From Macrostomum lignano (lineage: Eukaryota): 64,000 nt of DNA. The stretch is from NCBI GenBank assembly GCA_002269645.1, contig NIVC01002290.1, positions 62,001-126,000 on the forward strand, in the 5' to 3' direction. Every line of letters begins with the position of its first letter. Position 1 is the stretch's first letter. Of the stretch, positions 11,037 to 23,300 are shown piece after piece. The translations under genes were made by a program, and so were the position numbers. The notes under the pieces are model-generated. The model did no database searches, had not been told where the DNA came from, and saw only the letters and a list, made by a program, of their open reading frames with translations.

Positions 11037-14000
11037 GTGAGAGGCCGAACGCTGTGATAGTCTGCAGCGTCCCGGGTTCGATTCCCAATGGAGCATTACA
11101 GTGTCGTCCCGGGTTCGATTCCCAATGGAGCATTACAGTGTCGTCCCGGGTTCGATTCACAATGGAGCATTACAGTGTCGTCCCGGGTTCGATTCCCAAT
11201 GGAGCATTACAGTGTCGTCCCGGGTTCGATTCCCACAGCAGCAAAACAGTGTCGTCCCGGGTTCGATTCCCACAGCAGCATAACAGTGTCGTCCCGGGTT
11301 CGATTCCCACAGCAGCATAACAGTGTCGTCCCGGGTTCGATTCCCACAGCAGCATAACAGTGCGTAAACCTCAACGATCGTCCAATGACTACTGATTACA
11401 GTATTTCCGACACGGGGCAGTGAAGAGGCTCAGACTATGGTATTAGGATTGGGATCCTGAGTGATTTCATTCTGCTGCATTTTTGTATAAAGCAATGGTA
11501 TTTGGAAAATCCTCCACGACGCAGAGTGTACACGCCTGACGATGACAAAGACGGGCCCGCTGTGCACCCTGTGTGAGCGTGTGCGAGGGAGAGTGAAACT
11601 GTGAGAGGGAGAGTGAAACTGTGAGAGGGAGAGTGAAACTGGGTCAAGGAGAGTGACACAATGGATCAGAGGGAGTGACACACTGGATCAGAGGGAGTGA
11701 CACACTGGATCAGGGGAAGTGACACACTGGATCAGAGATAGTGACACACTGGATCAGAGGGAATGACACACTGGATCAGAGAAAGTGACACACTGGATCA
11801 GAGGGAGTGACACACTGGATCAGAGGGAGTGACACACTGGATCAGAGGGAGTGACACACTGGATCAGAGGGAGTGACACACTGGATCAGAGAGGAGTGAC
11901 ACACTGGATCAGAGGGAGTGACACACTGGATCAGAGGGAGTGACACACTGGATCAGAGGGAATGACACACTGGATCAGAGGGAATGACACACTGGATCAG
12001 AGGGAGTGACACACTGGATCAGAGGGAGTGACACACTGGATCAGAGGGAGTGACACACTGGATCAGAGGGAGTGACACACTGGATCAGAGGGAGTGACAC
12101 ACTGGATCAGAGAGAGTGACACACTGGATCAGAGGGAGTGACACACTGGATCAGAGGGAGTGACACACTGGATCAGAGGGAGTGAAACACTGGATCAGAG
12201 GGAGTGACACACTGGATCAGAGGGAGTGACACACTGGATCAGAGGGAGTGACACACTGGATCAGAGGGAATGACACACTGGATCAGAGGGAATGACACAC
12301 TGGATCAGAGGGAGTGACACACTGGATCAGAGGGAGTGACACACTGGATCAGAGGGAGTGACACACTGGATCAGAGGGAGTGACACACTGGATCAGAGAA
12401 AGTGACACACTGGATCAGAGGGAGTGACACACTGGATCAGAGGGAGTGACACACTGGATCAGAGGGAGTGACACACTGGATCAGAGGGAGTGACACACTG
12501 GATCAGAGGGAGTGACACACTGGATCAGAGGGAGTGACACACTGGATCAGAGGGAGTGACACACTGGATCAGAGGGAGTGACACACTGGATCAGAGGGAG
12601 TGACACACTGGATCAGAGGGAGTGACACACTGGATCAGAGGGAGTGACACACTGGATCAGAGGGAGTGACACACTGGATCAGAGGGAGTGACACACTGGA
12701 TCAGAGGGAGTGACACACTGGATCAGAGGGAGTGACACACTGGATCAGAGAAAGTGACACACTGGATCAGAGGGAGTGACACACTGGATCAGAGGGAGTG
12801 ACACACTGGATCAGAGAAAGTGACACACTGGATCAGAGGGAGTGACACACTGGATCAGAGGGAGTGACACACTGGATCAGAGGGAGTGACACACTGGATC
12901 AGAGGGAGTGACACACTTGATCAGAGGGAGTGACACACTGGATCAGAGGGAGTGACACACTGGATCAGAGGGAGTGACACACTGGATCAGAGGGAGTGAC
13001 ACACTGGATCAGAGGGAGTGACACACTGGATCAGAGAGAGTGACACACTGGATCAGAGGGAGTGACACACTGGATCAGAGGGAGTGACACACTGGATTAG
13101 AGGGAGGCAGAAGGTTCCGGACAGCCAATTCTTTAATAAAAAACCGCATCTTATGCCATTCTGCCTCGTACTTGGCAGACAATCTAGTCTAGTTTGGCAT
13201 TTTAAATTCTGTCTAATTCAAAACGGCTCAGGTGACAGCCGCCTTAAGAACGCAAATTGGACAATTTAGCGACAGACAAGCACATTCATGTTTAAGAATA
13301 AAATTGCGGGACAAAAATGGAATCCATTAGCAGTGACCCCATGCATGCCCAGCAAGGTTCTTTTGGCCTAAAATTTTTGCATATGCATGTCGCACAGGAA
13401 AAGTACCTTTCTATAAACAATTTTAACTGACTTCCTTGTGCCTTTCAGGCAGCCCAATGCCTTCCAAGATACCCCAATGCCTTCCAAGACACCCCAATGC
13501 CTTCCAAGATACCCCAATGCCTTCCAAGACACCCCAATGCCTTCCAAGACACCCCAATGCCGTCCAAGACACCACAATGCCTTCCAAGATACCCCAATGC
13601 CTTCCAAGACACCCCAATGCCTTCCAAGACACCCCAATGCCTTCCAAGACACCCCAATGCCTTCCAAGACACCCCAATGCCTTCCAAGACACCCCAATGC
13701 CTTCCAAGACACCCCAGTGCCTTCCAAGACAACCAGGTGTCCTCTAATAATTGATTCCTAGGTGCACAATAGCCTGTTTAGCACTGAAAAAATATCTCTA
13801 ATTTTTGCAAAAAAGACACCATCGCATGCAGAAAGCGGCGCCTCCATTGCGCCGGCGCCCCAGCCCTGCCTGTTCGCCAGCTTTGACCCGGCCGAGGGCA
13901 GGCGCCACCTGCTGGCAGCTTCGCTGCCCGAGGCTGGCCGGCGGCTGCTCCGCTGCGAGGCCGACATCGACTGGGACGACTGGCTGGTCGGCATTCAATG

Positions 14001-14679
14001 CCGATGCAGCGGCGATGGCAGCCAGCGACTTTACGTGGCACAGGAGTCGGTGCTGACCGCCCTGGACCTGGCCGGCCGTCCGGTTTGGTCCAGCCGGCCA
14101 GTTTCGGCCACGGCCGGCTGCCGATTGGCCGGCCTGACGGCCAGCCCGACCGAACCGAGGCTGTTCACCTACGATCGAGTCGGCCGGCGAGTGCTATCTG
14201 TTGCTATGGCAACCGGCACCTGGGCGATCGCGGTGCAGCTGGTCGAGTTTGCCGACTGGCTCGTGTCCGGACTGGCGGCCGGGCCGGACGGCCAGCTAGT
14301 GCTGTCCGACTATTGCAGCGGCCGGCTGCGCTTCGTGTCGGCCGATCCGGCGCCCGGTCGCCTGGACGCCAGCTACCCGGCCGAGGACGCCACGGAGTTT
14401 CAGCTGGCTGCCCCGGCCGGCCTGGCACTGGACTTGGCCGGCCGGGTGTTCGAGGCTGATAGTGCCGGACACGTCGTGAGGGTGATCGATGGCGTCGGGC
14501 AGCGGCTGTTGGCCACACTGGGCGGGCTGGAGTGCGGCGCCGGGCAGGACAGCGGCGACGAGGACGCCTTCCGTTGTCCGATCGGAGTGGCCCTGCTAGC
14601 GGCCGGAGATGGCCGGCAGCGGCTGGCGGTGGCGGACAGCGGCAACCACAGAGTGCAGCTGTTCGAAGTTGCCGGCTGA
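10547..14679 (+). CDS. NHL-repeat (beta-propeller) protein, join(10547..11036,13832..14679)
   Basis: Donor AAAG|gtgaga (phase 1) joins in frame to acceptor catgcag|AA at 13832. C-terminus has NHL blades: PAGLALDLAGRVFEADSAGHVVRVID and FRCPIGVAL..LAVADSGNHRVQLF. Confidence 0.8.
11060..11360 (+). repeat. 37-bp tandem array, 8 units, each carrying a tRNA-type B-box GGGTTCGATTC
   Basis: B-boxes at about 11074, 11111, 11148, 11185, 11222, 11259, 11296 and 11333. Confidence 0.92.
11520..11590 (+). mobile_element. SINE core fragment
   Basis: gcagagtgtacacgcctgacgatgacaaagacgggcccgctgtgcaccctgtgtgagcgtgtgc aligns to SINE 3953-4022. Confidence 0.6.
11590..13100. repeat. 22-bp minisatellite (gagggagtgacacactggatca)
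   Basis: Near-perfect units spaced 22 bp apart. Confidence 0.97.
13452..13735. repeat. 20-bp minisatellite (ccccaatgccttccaagaca)
   Basis: About 14 units. Confidence 0.95.
13832..14679 (+). CDS. NHL-repeat gene final exon
   Basis: NHL motifs; stop TGA at 14677-14679. Confidence 0.88.
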
Positions 14680-15039
14680 TGGCCGGAGGGAGGGACTTCT
14701 TTAGGGGATTTGTAGAGATCTGTAGAGATCTAGTGTCGACTCTTGGGGGATCTATAGATGTCCCCAGGGCTCTAGAGATGGCTTTAAGGATCTGGACATT
14801 CTGTAGAAATGTCATCCATTTTAGCATGATCCCTAAGGATGACTAAAGGATCTAAATATGACTTTAGGAATCTAAAAATGTCTGTAAATATCTATAGAGG
14901 TTATGTACATATACAGAATAATCTGACAGAAAATATATTATCAGAGTTCAAAGATATACTTAGAGATATACGGACGTCTGTACGGGTCTGATCTAAGGAT
15001 GTCTCTAGGAGTCAAGGGGTGTCTGTAAAGGTCTAAGGA

Positions 15040-15390
15040 TGTCTGCACGGGTCTAACGATGTCTGTACGGGTCAAGGGATGTCTACGAGTCTACGGTTTA
15101 TACGGGTCTAGGGTGTTCTGTACGGGTCTAGGGTGTTCTGTACGGGTCTAGGGACTTATGTACGGGTCTAGGGACTTATGTACGGGTCTAGGGACTTCTA
15201 TACGGGTCTAGGGACTTATGTACGGGTCTAGGGACTTCTATACGGGTCTAGGGACTTATGTACGGGTCTAGGGACTTCTATACGGGTCTAGGGACTTATG
15301 TACGGGTCTAGGGACTTCTGTACGGGTCTAACGATGTCTATACGAGTCTAAGGATGTCTTCACGATCCAGAGATGTCTGAACGGGTCTAG
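15040..15390. repeat. 20-bp minisatellite (tacgggtctagggacttatg)
   Basis: Visible units with degenerate flanks. Confidence 0.9.
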
Positions 15391-15854
15391 GAACGTCTTT
15401 ATACATGTAGATAGCTCAGAATGTCTAGTTGGCAGTCTCATCAGCAGTACAACAGATTCTATCAGTTGGGTCACGCTTAGCAGTCATCAGATTCCTAGTG
15501 AATTTAATACAGAATTTAAACCTTGATAGCTAATCGTGCATTAACTCCAAGGCTGAAGATAAAATTATTATAATCATCGTTGACAGGATCCATCAGCTTA
15601 TTTCCAAGTTAACTTTCCATGGAAGCTTCCAGTTTGCTCTGTGTTGCAGATATTAACTCAATATATACTTAGAATTGTATTTAATTGTAATCCGCATCTT
15701 CCACGAGTGCTGTATCTTCTGGTTTTTACTAGATTTATAACTACAAACAAGGGCCAATTTTGCACTCTGCAAAATATATAAACAGCAGCGCCCTAAAATA
15801 TAATTAATTACTTTGATATATTTTTACTTCATATATGCAAATCTTCAATATATG

Positions 15855-17270
15855 CAAACACTCATTTTAGCGCCACAGGCACTCATTTTAGCGCCACAGG
15901 CACTCATTTTGGCGCCACAGACACTCATTTTAGCGCCACAGGCACTCATTTTAGCGCCGCAGGCACTCATTTTGGCGCCGCAGGCACTCATTTTAGCGCC
16001 ACAGGCACTCATTTTAGCGACACAGACACTCATTTTAGCGCCACAGGCTCTCATTTTAGCGCCACAGGCACTCATTTTAGCGCCACAGGCACTCATTTTG
16101 GCGCCACAGGCACTCATTTTAGCGCCGCAGACACTCATTTTGGCGCCACAGGCACTCATTTTAGCGCCGCAGGCACTCATTTTGGCGCCACAGACACTCA
16201 TTTTAGCGCCACAGGCTCTCATTTTAGCGCCACAGGCACTCATTTTAGCGCCACAGGCACTCATTTTAGCGCCGCAGACACTCATTTTAGCGCCACAGGC
16301 ACTCATTTTAGCGCCACAGGCACTCATTTTAGCGCCGCAGGCACTCATTTTAGCGCCGCAGGCACTCATTTTAGCGCCACAGACACTCATTTTAGCGCCA
16401 CAGACACTCATTTTAGCGCCACAGACACTCATTTTAGCGCCACAGGCACTCATTTTAGCGCCACAGGCACTCATTTTAGGCCACAGGCACTCATTTTAGC
16501 GCCACAGACACTCATTTTAGCGCCACAGGCACTCATTTTAGCGCCACAGGCACTCATTTTAGCGCCGCAGGCACTCATTTTAGCGCCGCAGGCACTCATT
16601 TTAGCGCCACAGACACTCATTTTAGCGCCACAGGCACTCATTTTAGCGCCACAGACACTCATTTTAGCGCCACAGGCACTCATTTTAGCGCCGCAGGCAC
16701 TCATTTTGGCGCCACAGACACTCATTTTAGCGCCACAGGCACTCATTTTGGCGCCACAGACACTCATTTTAGCGCCACAGGCACTCATTTTAGCGCCACA
16801 GACACTCATTTTAGCGCCACAGGCACTCATTTTGGCGCCACAGACACTCATTTTAGCGCCACAGGCACTCATTTTAGCGCCACAGACACTCATTTTAGCG
16901 CCACAGACACTCATTTTAGCGCCACAGGCACTCATTTTGGCGCCACAGACACTCATTTTAGCGCCACAGGCACTCATTTTAGCGCCGCAGGCACTCATTT
17001 TGGCGCCACAGACACTCATTTTAGCGCCACAGGCACTCATTTTAGCGACACAGACACTCATTTTAGCGCCACAGGCACTCATTTTAGCGCCACAGACACT
17101 CATTTTAGCGCCACAGGCACTCATTTTAGCGCCACAGACACTCATTTTAGCGCCACAGGCACTCATTTTGGCGCCACAGACACTCATTTTAGCGCCACAG
17201 GCACTCATTTTAGCGCCGCAGGCACTCATTTTGGCGCCACAGACACTCATTTTAGCGCCACAGGCACTGT
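15855..17270. repeat. 21-bp minisatellite (gcactcattttagcgccacag)
   Basis: Directly visible; yields QALILAP repeat ORFs. Confidence 0.97.
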
Positions 17271-18014
17271 TTTGTCGCCCTGAAGATTGATTTCAATAAC
17301 GGGTCACAAGGTGGGGTGGGGGGACAAAGCATTGGCATGTCCCCCATATCTTTTACTGGGAGGGGACAATGTCCCCCTGTCCACCGTCCCCCCCATTGCG
17401 GTCAGTGCCTGAATTTACATTAATAATTGATAAGAAAGTCAAAACAAGCAAGCTGAAGCACTAAGCGTCACCTGATTTTTGTGTCTATAAATAAACCTTT
17501 TTTATTAAGCGTAAATAGTTTTTTATAAAATAAATAGAACACTAAGCGCGTCAATAAAAAGGCTTGGCAGAGGGTCATTGCAAGTGAGACAGGATTTCAT
17601 CAGACTTAAAAGAAACCGCTTGGAAAATAAGAAGAGCAGTTAAAGGACGACAAAAGTTTAAAAATGAAATAGGGAGATAAAAATGAAATGAATAGCGCTA
17701 TAAACAGCTTCATAGGGAGGATATGCAGCACAATTGCAAGCCAGTTTTAGCTGGTTAGCACCAATAAGCAAATTTCAGTTAAAACTAATCTTCGAAATCA
17801 AGTTTTTTCGTTTTTTAACATTGATTTAGTAAAACATCCACATGACACTACTTATGCAAGTAGAAAAGCCAGAAAATAAGCGTTTTTACCTTATTATAAT
17901 GCACTAAAAAACACAGTTCGTTGTTACTTTCTTGGAAAAAAAAATTTTTGGATTAATATTTAGAGGCTGACGAATTCCGCTGTTTAGCTGATAACATTTT
18001 GTTGACATCTCGTA

Positions 18015-18268
18015 GGCGCGCATTTTCAGTGCCATAGGAGCGCACAGACACAAGAAAACCAGGCCATATTGGCTGAAGTGCGCAACAAGGCATCGGTGCA
18101 TGGCCCACAGGCGCGCAACTGTCTGGCTCCTCCCTGACTCTCGCCTGCAACTCGCTTCTGATAACCAGAGACTTCTGTGACGTACTTTTGCGCTCTTGTA
18201 TCATGTCCTTGGTGCACTCATGTCCAGAGTACATGGCGCTCTTATGGCACTTCAAAGACATGCGCGCC
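18015..18268. mobile_element. MITE-like element with about 30-bp imperfect TIRs and TA target duplication
   Basis: TA|GGCGCGCATTTTCAGTGCCATAGGAGCGC ... GCGCTCTTATGGCACTTCAAAGACATGCGCGCC|TA. Confidence 0.65.
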
Positions 18269-18364
18269 TATTATACACAACCATAAAGTAAGATTCTATC
18301 CGATTCGATGTTGATCCGACTTTTGCGTGAGAGCGAATGAGGCAGCAATTTTAAGAGGCGCTGA

Positions 18365-18990
18365 TCTGAGACAGGGGAGAGAGGGAGAGTGAGACAGGGA
18401 GGGGGTGAGACGGGAGAAAGGAAGAGAGACAGGAGAGAGAGGGAAAGAGACAGGGGAGAGATAGAAGAAGAGGGAGAGAAAAACAGGGGACAAAAGGAGA
18501 GGGAGGGTGAGACGGGAGAGTGAGACGGGAGAGAGGGAGGATGCGACGGGAGAGAGGGAGGGTGAGACAGGGAGAGAGGGAGGGTGAGACAGGCGAGAGA
18601 GGGAGGGTGAGACAGGGAGAGAGGGAGGGTGAGACAGGGAGAGTGAGACGGGAGAGAGGGAGAATGCGACGGGAGAGAGGGAGGGTGAGACAGGGAGAGT
18701 GAGACGGGAGAGAGGGAGGATGCGACGGGAGAGAGGGAGGGTGAGACAGGGAGAGAGGGAGGGTGAGACAGGCGAGAGAGGGAGGGTGAGACAGGGAGAG
18801 AGGGAGGGTGAGACAGGCGAGAGAGGGAGGGTGAGACAGGCGAGAGAGGGAGGGTGAGACAGGGGAGAGAGGGAGGGTGAGACAGGGAGAGAGAAGTGTG
18901 AGACAGGGAGAGAGAAGGGTGAGACAGGGAGAGAGGGAGGGAGACAGGCGAGAGAGGGAGGGTGAGACAGGGGAGAGAAGGGAGAGAGAG
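18365..18990. repeat. GA-rich ~22-bp repeat (gggagagagggagggtgagaca)
   Basis: Visible periodicity. Confidence 0.93.
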
Positions 18991-19279
18991 AGCTAGAGTA
19001 TATACTATACGCAAGAGAAATAATATTACTTCAAGTAATACTTGCATACCATTACAATCCAAATTGAGTACACAGTTAAGCAAATTAAACATATGGCTCT
19101 CATACGTGTTGCAGGTGTGTCAGTGAAAGAGATTGCCCTACAACAATCAATCTGGCGGTCAAAGTCAGCTGAGTGCGACTAAAAAATGAGTAAACCATAT
19201 TTGCTATGACCAGTTTGTTTGCAGTGTAGGGAGCTGGATAGCGCTAGCATATTTATTCATCTATTGGTATCTAGGATCT

Positions 19280-19960
19280 GCACTTCTGCTCTACCCACAC
19301 CAACAGTGCTCTATCCACACCAACAGTGCTCTATCCACACCAACAGTGCTCTATCCACACCAACAGTGCTCTACCCAGACCAACAGTGCTCTACCCACAC
19401 CAACAGTGCTCTACCCACACCAACAGTGCTCTACCCACACCAACAGTGCTCTACCCACACCAACAGTGCTCTACCCACACCAACAGTGCTCTACCCACAC
19501 CAACAGTGCTCTACCCACACCAACAGTGCTCTACCCACACCAACAGTGCTCTACCCACACCAACAGTGCTCTACCCACACCAACAGTGCTCTACCCACAC
19601 CAACAGTGCTCTACCCACACCAACAGTGCTCTACCCACACCAACAGTGCTCTACCCACACCAACAGTGCTCTACCCACACCAACAGTGCTCTACCCACAC
19701 CAACAGTGCTCTACCCACACCAACAGTGCTCTACCCACACCAACAGTGCTCTACCCACACCAACAGTGCTCTACCCACACCAACAGTGCTCTAACCACAC
19801 CAACAGTGCTCTACCCACACCAACAGTGCTCTATCCACACCAACAGTGCTCTACCCACACCAACAGTGCTCTACCCACACCAACAGTGCTCTACCCACAC
19901 CAACAGTGCTCTACCCACACCAACAGTGCTCTACCCACACCAACAGTGCTCTATCCACAC
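19280..19960. repeat. 20-bp minisatellite (ctacccacaccaacagtgct)
   Basis: Near-perfect units. Confidence 0.97.
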
Positions 19961-20010
19961 CAGTTCCCTAACTGCGTCATACCTTTTGTTATTAAAAGTT
20001 CTTAAAGTCA

Positions 20011-20315
20011 TCAAACACCGCCGCCTCCTCCACCTTCAGCGGAGGCAGCCGCCGGATCCTCAGCCGCCGCAGTGGGTGGCGCCGCAAACTCGTGACCGGC
20101 GGCCTCCTCGGCCGTGGGCCGAAGGCTAGGCGACTTGTTCAGCAGCCGGCGCACCAGCGACTCGGCGGGATGGCTGGCCAGCAGGGACCAGTCGCAGGCG
20201 ACGGTGGCCACGCGGGAGTACACCACCTGCTTTGGCTCCGACACGCTGGCGGCGAACGGCGACACGCCGGTTGCGGCGAAGAACAGAACGGCGCCCGATG
20301 ACCAGAGATCGGCGG
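20011..20315 (-). CDS. Kinase exon 4 (subdomains IX-XI, stop)
   Basis: cccgcag|CC GCC GAT CTC TGG; TGA at 20013-20011. Confidence 0.9.
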
Positions 20316-23300
20316 CTGCGGGTGGGGCGGACAGCCTGACTGAGACAGCGGAATGTGGAGACAGCCTGACTGAGACAGCGGAATGTGGAAACACACAGCC
20401 TGATTGAGACAGCGGAATGTGGAGACAGACAGCCTGATTGAGACAGCGGAATGTGGACGCACAGCCTGACTGAGACAGCGGAATGTGGACGCACAGCCTG
20501 ACTGAGACAGCGGAATGTGGACGCACAGCCTGACTGAGACAGCGGAATGTGAACACAGACAGACTGACTGAGACAGCGGAATGTGGAGACAGACAGTCTG
20601 ACTGAGACAGCGGAATGTGAACACAGACAGACTGACTGAGACAGCGGAATGTGGAGACAGACAGCCTGACTGAGACAGCGGAATGTGGACACACAGCCTG
20701 ACTGAGACAGCGGAATGTGGAGACAGACAGCCTGACTGAGACAGCGGAATGTGGAGACAGTCTGACTGAGACAGCGGAATGTGGAGACAGTCTGACTGAG
20801 ACAGCGGAATGTGGAGACAGTCTGACTGAGACAGCGGAATGTGGAGACAGTCTGACTGAGACAGCGGAATGTGGAGACAGTCTGACTGAGACAGCGGAAT
20901 GTGGAGACAGTCTGACTGAGACAGCGGAATGTGGAGACAGACAGCCTGACTGAGACAGCGGAATGTGGAGACAGACAGCCTGACTGAGACAGCGGAATGT
21001 GGAGACAGTCTGACTGAGACAGCGGAATGTGGAGACAGTCTGACTGAGACAGCGGAATGTGGAGACAGACAGCCTGACTGAGACAGCGGAATGTGGAGAC
21101 AGACAGCCTGACTGAGACAGCGGAATGTGGAGACAGACAACCTGACTGAGACAGAGGAATGTGGAGACAGACAGCCTGACTGAGACAGCGGAATGTGGAG
21201 ACAGACAGCCTGACTGAGACAGCGGAATGTGAACACACAACCTGACTGAGACAGCGGAATGTGGAGACAGCCTGACTGAGACAGCGGAATGTGGAGACAG
21301 CCTGACTGAGACAGCGGAATGTGGAGACAGACAGCCTGACTGAGACAGCGGAATGTGAACACACAACCTGACTGAGACAGCGGAATGTGGAGACAGCCTG
21401 ACTGAGACAGCGGAATGTGGAGACAGCCTGACTGAGACAGCGGAATGTGGAGACAGACAGCCTGACTGAGACAGCGGAATGTGAACACACAACCTGACTG
21501 AGACAGCGGAATGTGGAGACAGCCTGACTGAGACAGCGGAATGTGGAGACAGCCTGACTGAGACAGCGGAATGTGGAGACAGACAGCCTGACTGAGACAG
21601 CGGAATGTGGAGACAGTCTGACTGAGACAGCGGAATGTGGAGACAGTCTGACTGAGACAGCGGAATGTGGAGACAGACAGCCTGACTGAGACAGCAGAAT
21701 GTGGACACACACAGCCTGACTGAGACAGCGGAATGTGGAGACAGACAGCCTGACTGAGACAGCGGAGTGTGGACAGTGACAACAGTGTAAAGTGACACCA
21801 GGATGAAGACAGTGACAGCAGAATGGGACAGTGACAGCAGAATGAGGACAGTGACAGCAGAATGAGGACAGTGACAGAAGTACGTGGACAGTGACAGCAG
21901 AATAGAGACAGAGATAGCCTCTAATAGAAAGAAGAAAGAAAGAAATCTCTAATAGGACAGTGACAACAGTGTAAAGTGACACCAGGATGAAGACAGTGAC
22001 AGCAGAATGGGACAGTGACAGCAGAATGAGGACAGTGACAGCAGAATGAGGACAGTGACAGAAGTACGTGGACAGTGACAGCAGAATAGAGACAGAGATA
22101 GCCTCTAATAGAAAGAAGAGATAGAAATGAAAAGTTCAGTCAAAAAGTTTCGAGAAACTTAGACTACTTCATTAGTAAAACATCGTATTTCTAAGACAGG
22201 CGCAAAGGCTCGTGGGCATAAGCATTTAATTAAGAACCCACGCTCGATGGAATAGAGGGGCAGAGAGGACGACAGAGCCCGCCCACCCATGTCGAGCAGA
22301 CGAGCAGTCTGAATGCATTATTACTAAGCACACAATTGACCGGTCTCTGAGCCTCAATATTAGCTGTTTCGCACGCTTGCTAAACAGTCTGGATGCCTCT
22401 CTGTTTCCATACTTTAGCCTAGCAACTAGGGAGGTCAACTGAGGCCAAGTTGCCATGGTCTGGAACTGTTTCCCTGCAAAACTTTCACTTTCAACTTTAC
22501 TGCAGAGTAATTAACAGATTAAGCGCGAACACAATCGATTTATAAATAAGGCCAGCGACCACAATATGATAAATACTTATCTTGAATTTGGACATTTACA
22601 AAAGTTCACACTAAACTATTGCTAGCATATTTAGCGTTTCATAAACAAATGTCTGAAAGTGAAGGCACAGAATATACTTGTCAGCTTAATAAAGTGGTTT
22701 TAGTAGACGTAAGAAAAGAAGGACCACAATTAGAGCTTAATTAAATTAATACATTTAACTGTGATCTCGGAGGCTGGGCTGGCAGTGGTCCAGCAACTGA
22801 GGATCTGGGAGGCTGGCTCAGCAAGTCAGCAACTGAGGATCTGGGAGGCTGGCAGTGGTCCAGCAACTGAGGATCTGGGAGGCTGGTCCAGCAACTGACA
22901 CTCTGGGATGCTGGCCCAGCAACTGAGGATCCTGGAGGCTGGCCCAGCAACTGAGGATCTGGAAGGCTCCTCAGTCCCCAGCCCGCACTCACCGAAGCTG
23001 AATGGCTCGTAGGCGAGCACCTCGGGAGCCGCATAGTCAGGTGTACCGTCCAGTGTCCGGTTGGCCTCCTGCGGGCCGCCGTCGAGCCGCTTGGCCAGGC
23101 CGAAGTCGCACAGGCAGAGGTCGCAGCAGCTGGCTGAGTAGGGCGAGCGCAGCAGCAAATTGCACGGCTTCACGTCCAGGTGGCAGAGCCGCCTCTGGTG
23201 CAGGTAGGCCAAGGCGGCGAAGAGGCGAGCGGCGGCCAAACGGCAGAAGGCCAGGTGACTGGGCTGAGTCAGCTCCGACTCGCTGAGCAGCCCGACGGCG

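Noticed and set aside
11060-11360. CRISPR-like appearance (37-bp period with a hairpin-like core)
   Set aside because: No unique spacers, no cas genes, and the context is eukaryotic and intronic.
13762-13831. Acceptor at 13761 as the start of the NHL exon
   Set aside because: Joining the phase-1 donor there gives GGT GCA CAA TAG (stop); the acceptor at 13831 keeps the frame.
13832-14679. Bacterial horizontal transfer suggested by very high GC
   Set aside because: The kinase and otopetrin exons are equally GC-rich, and the gene is spliced.
17261-17411. 9-bp inverted ends CAGGCACTG/CAGTGCCTG around a GGGGACA-rich segment
   Set aside because: The match is too short, the left end coincides with the adjacent array unit, and no TSD is evident.
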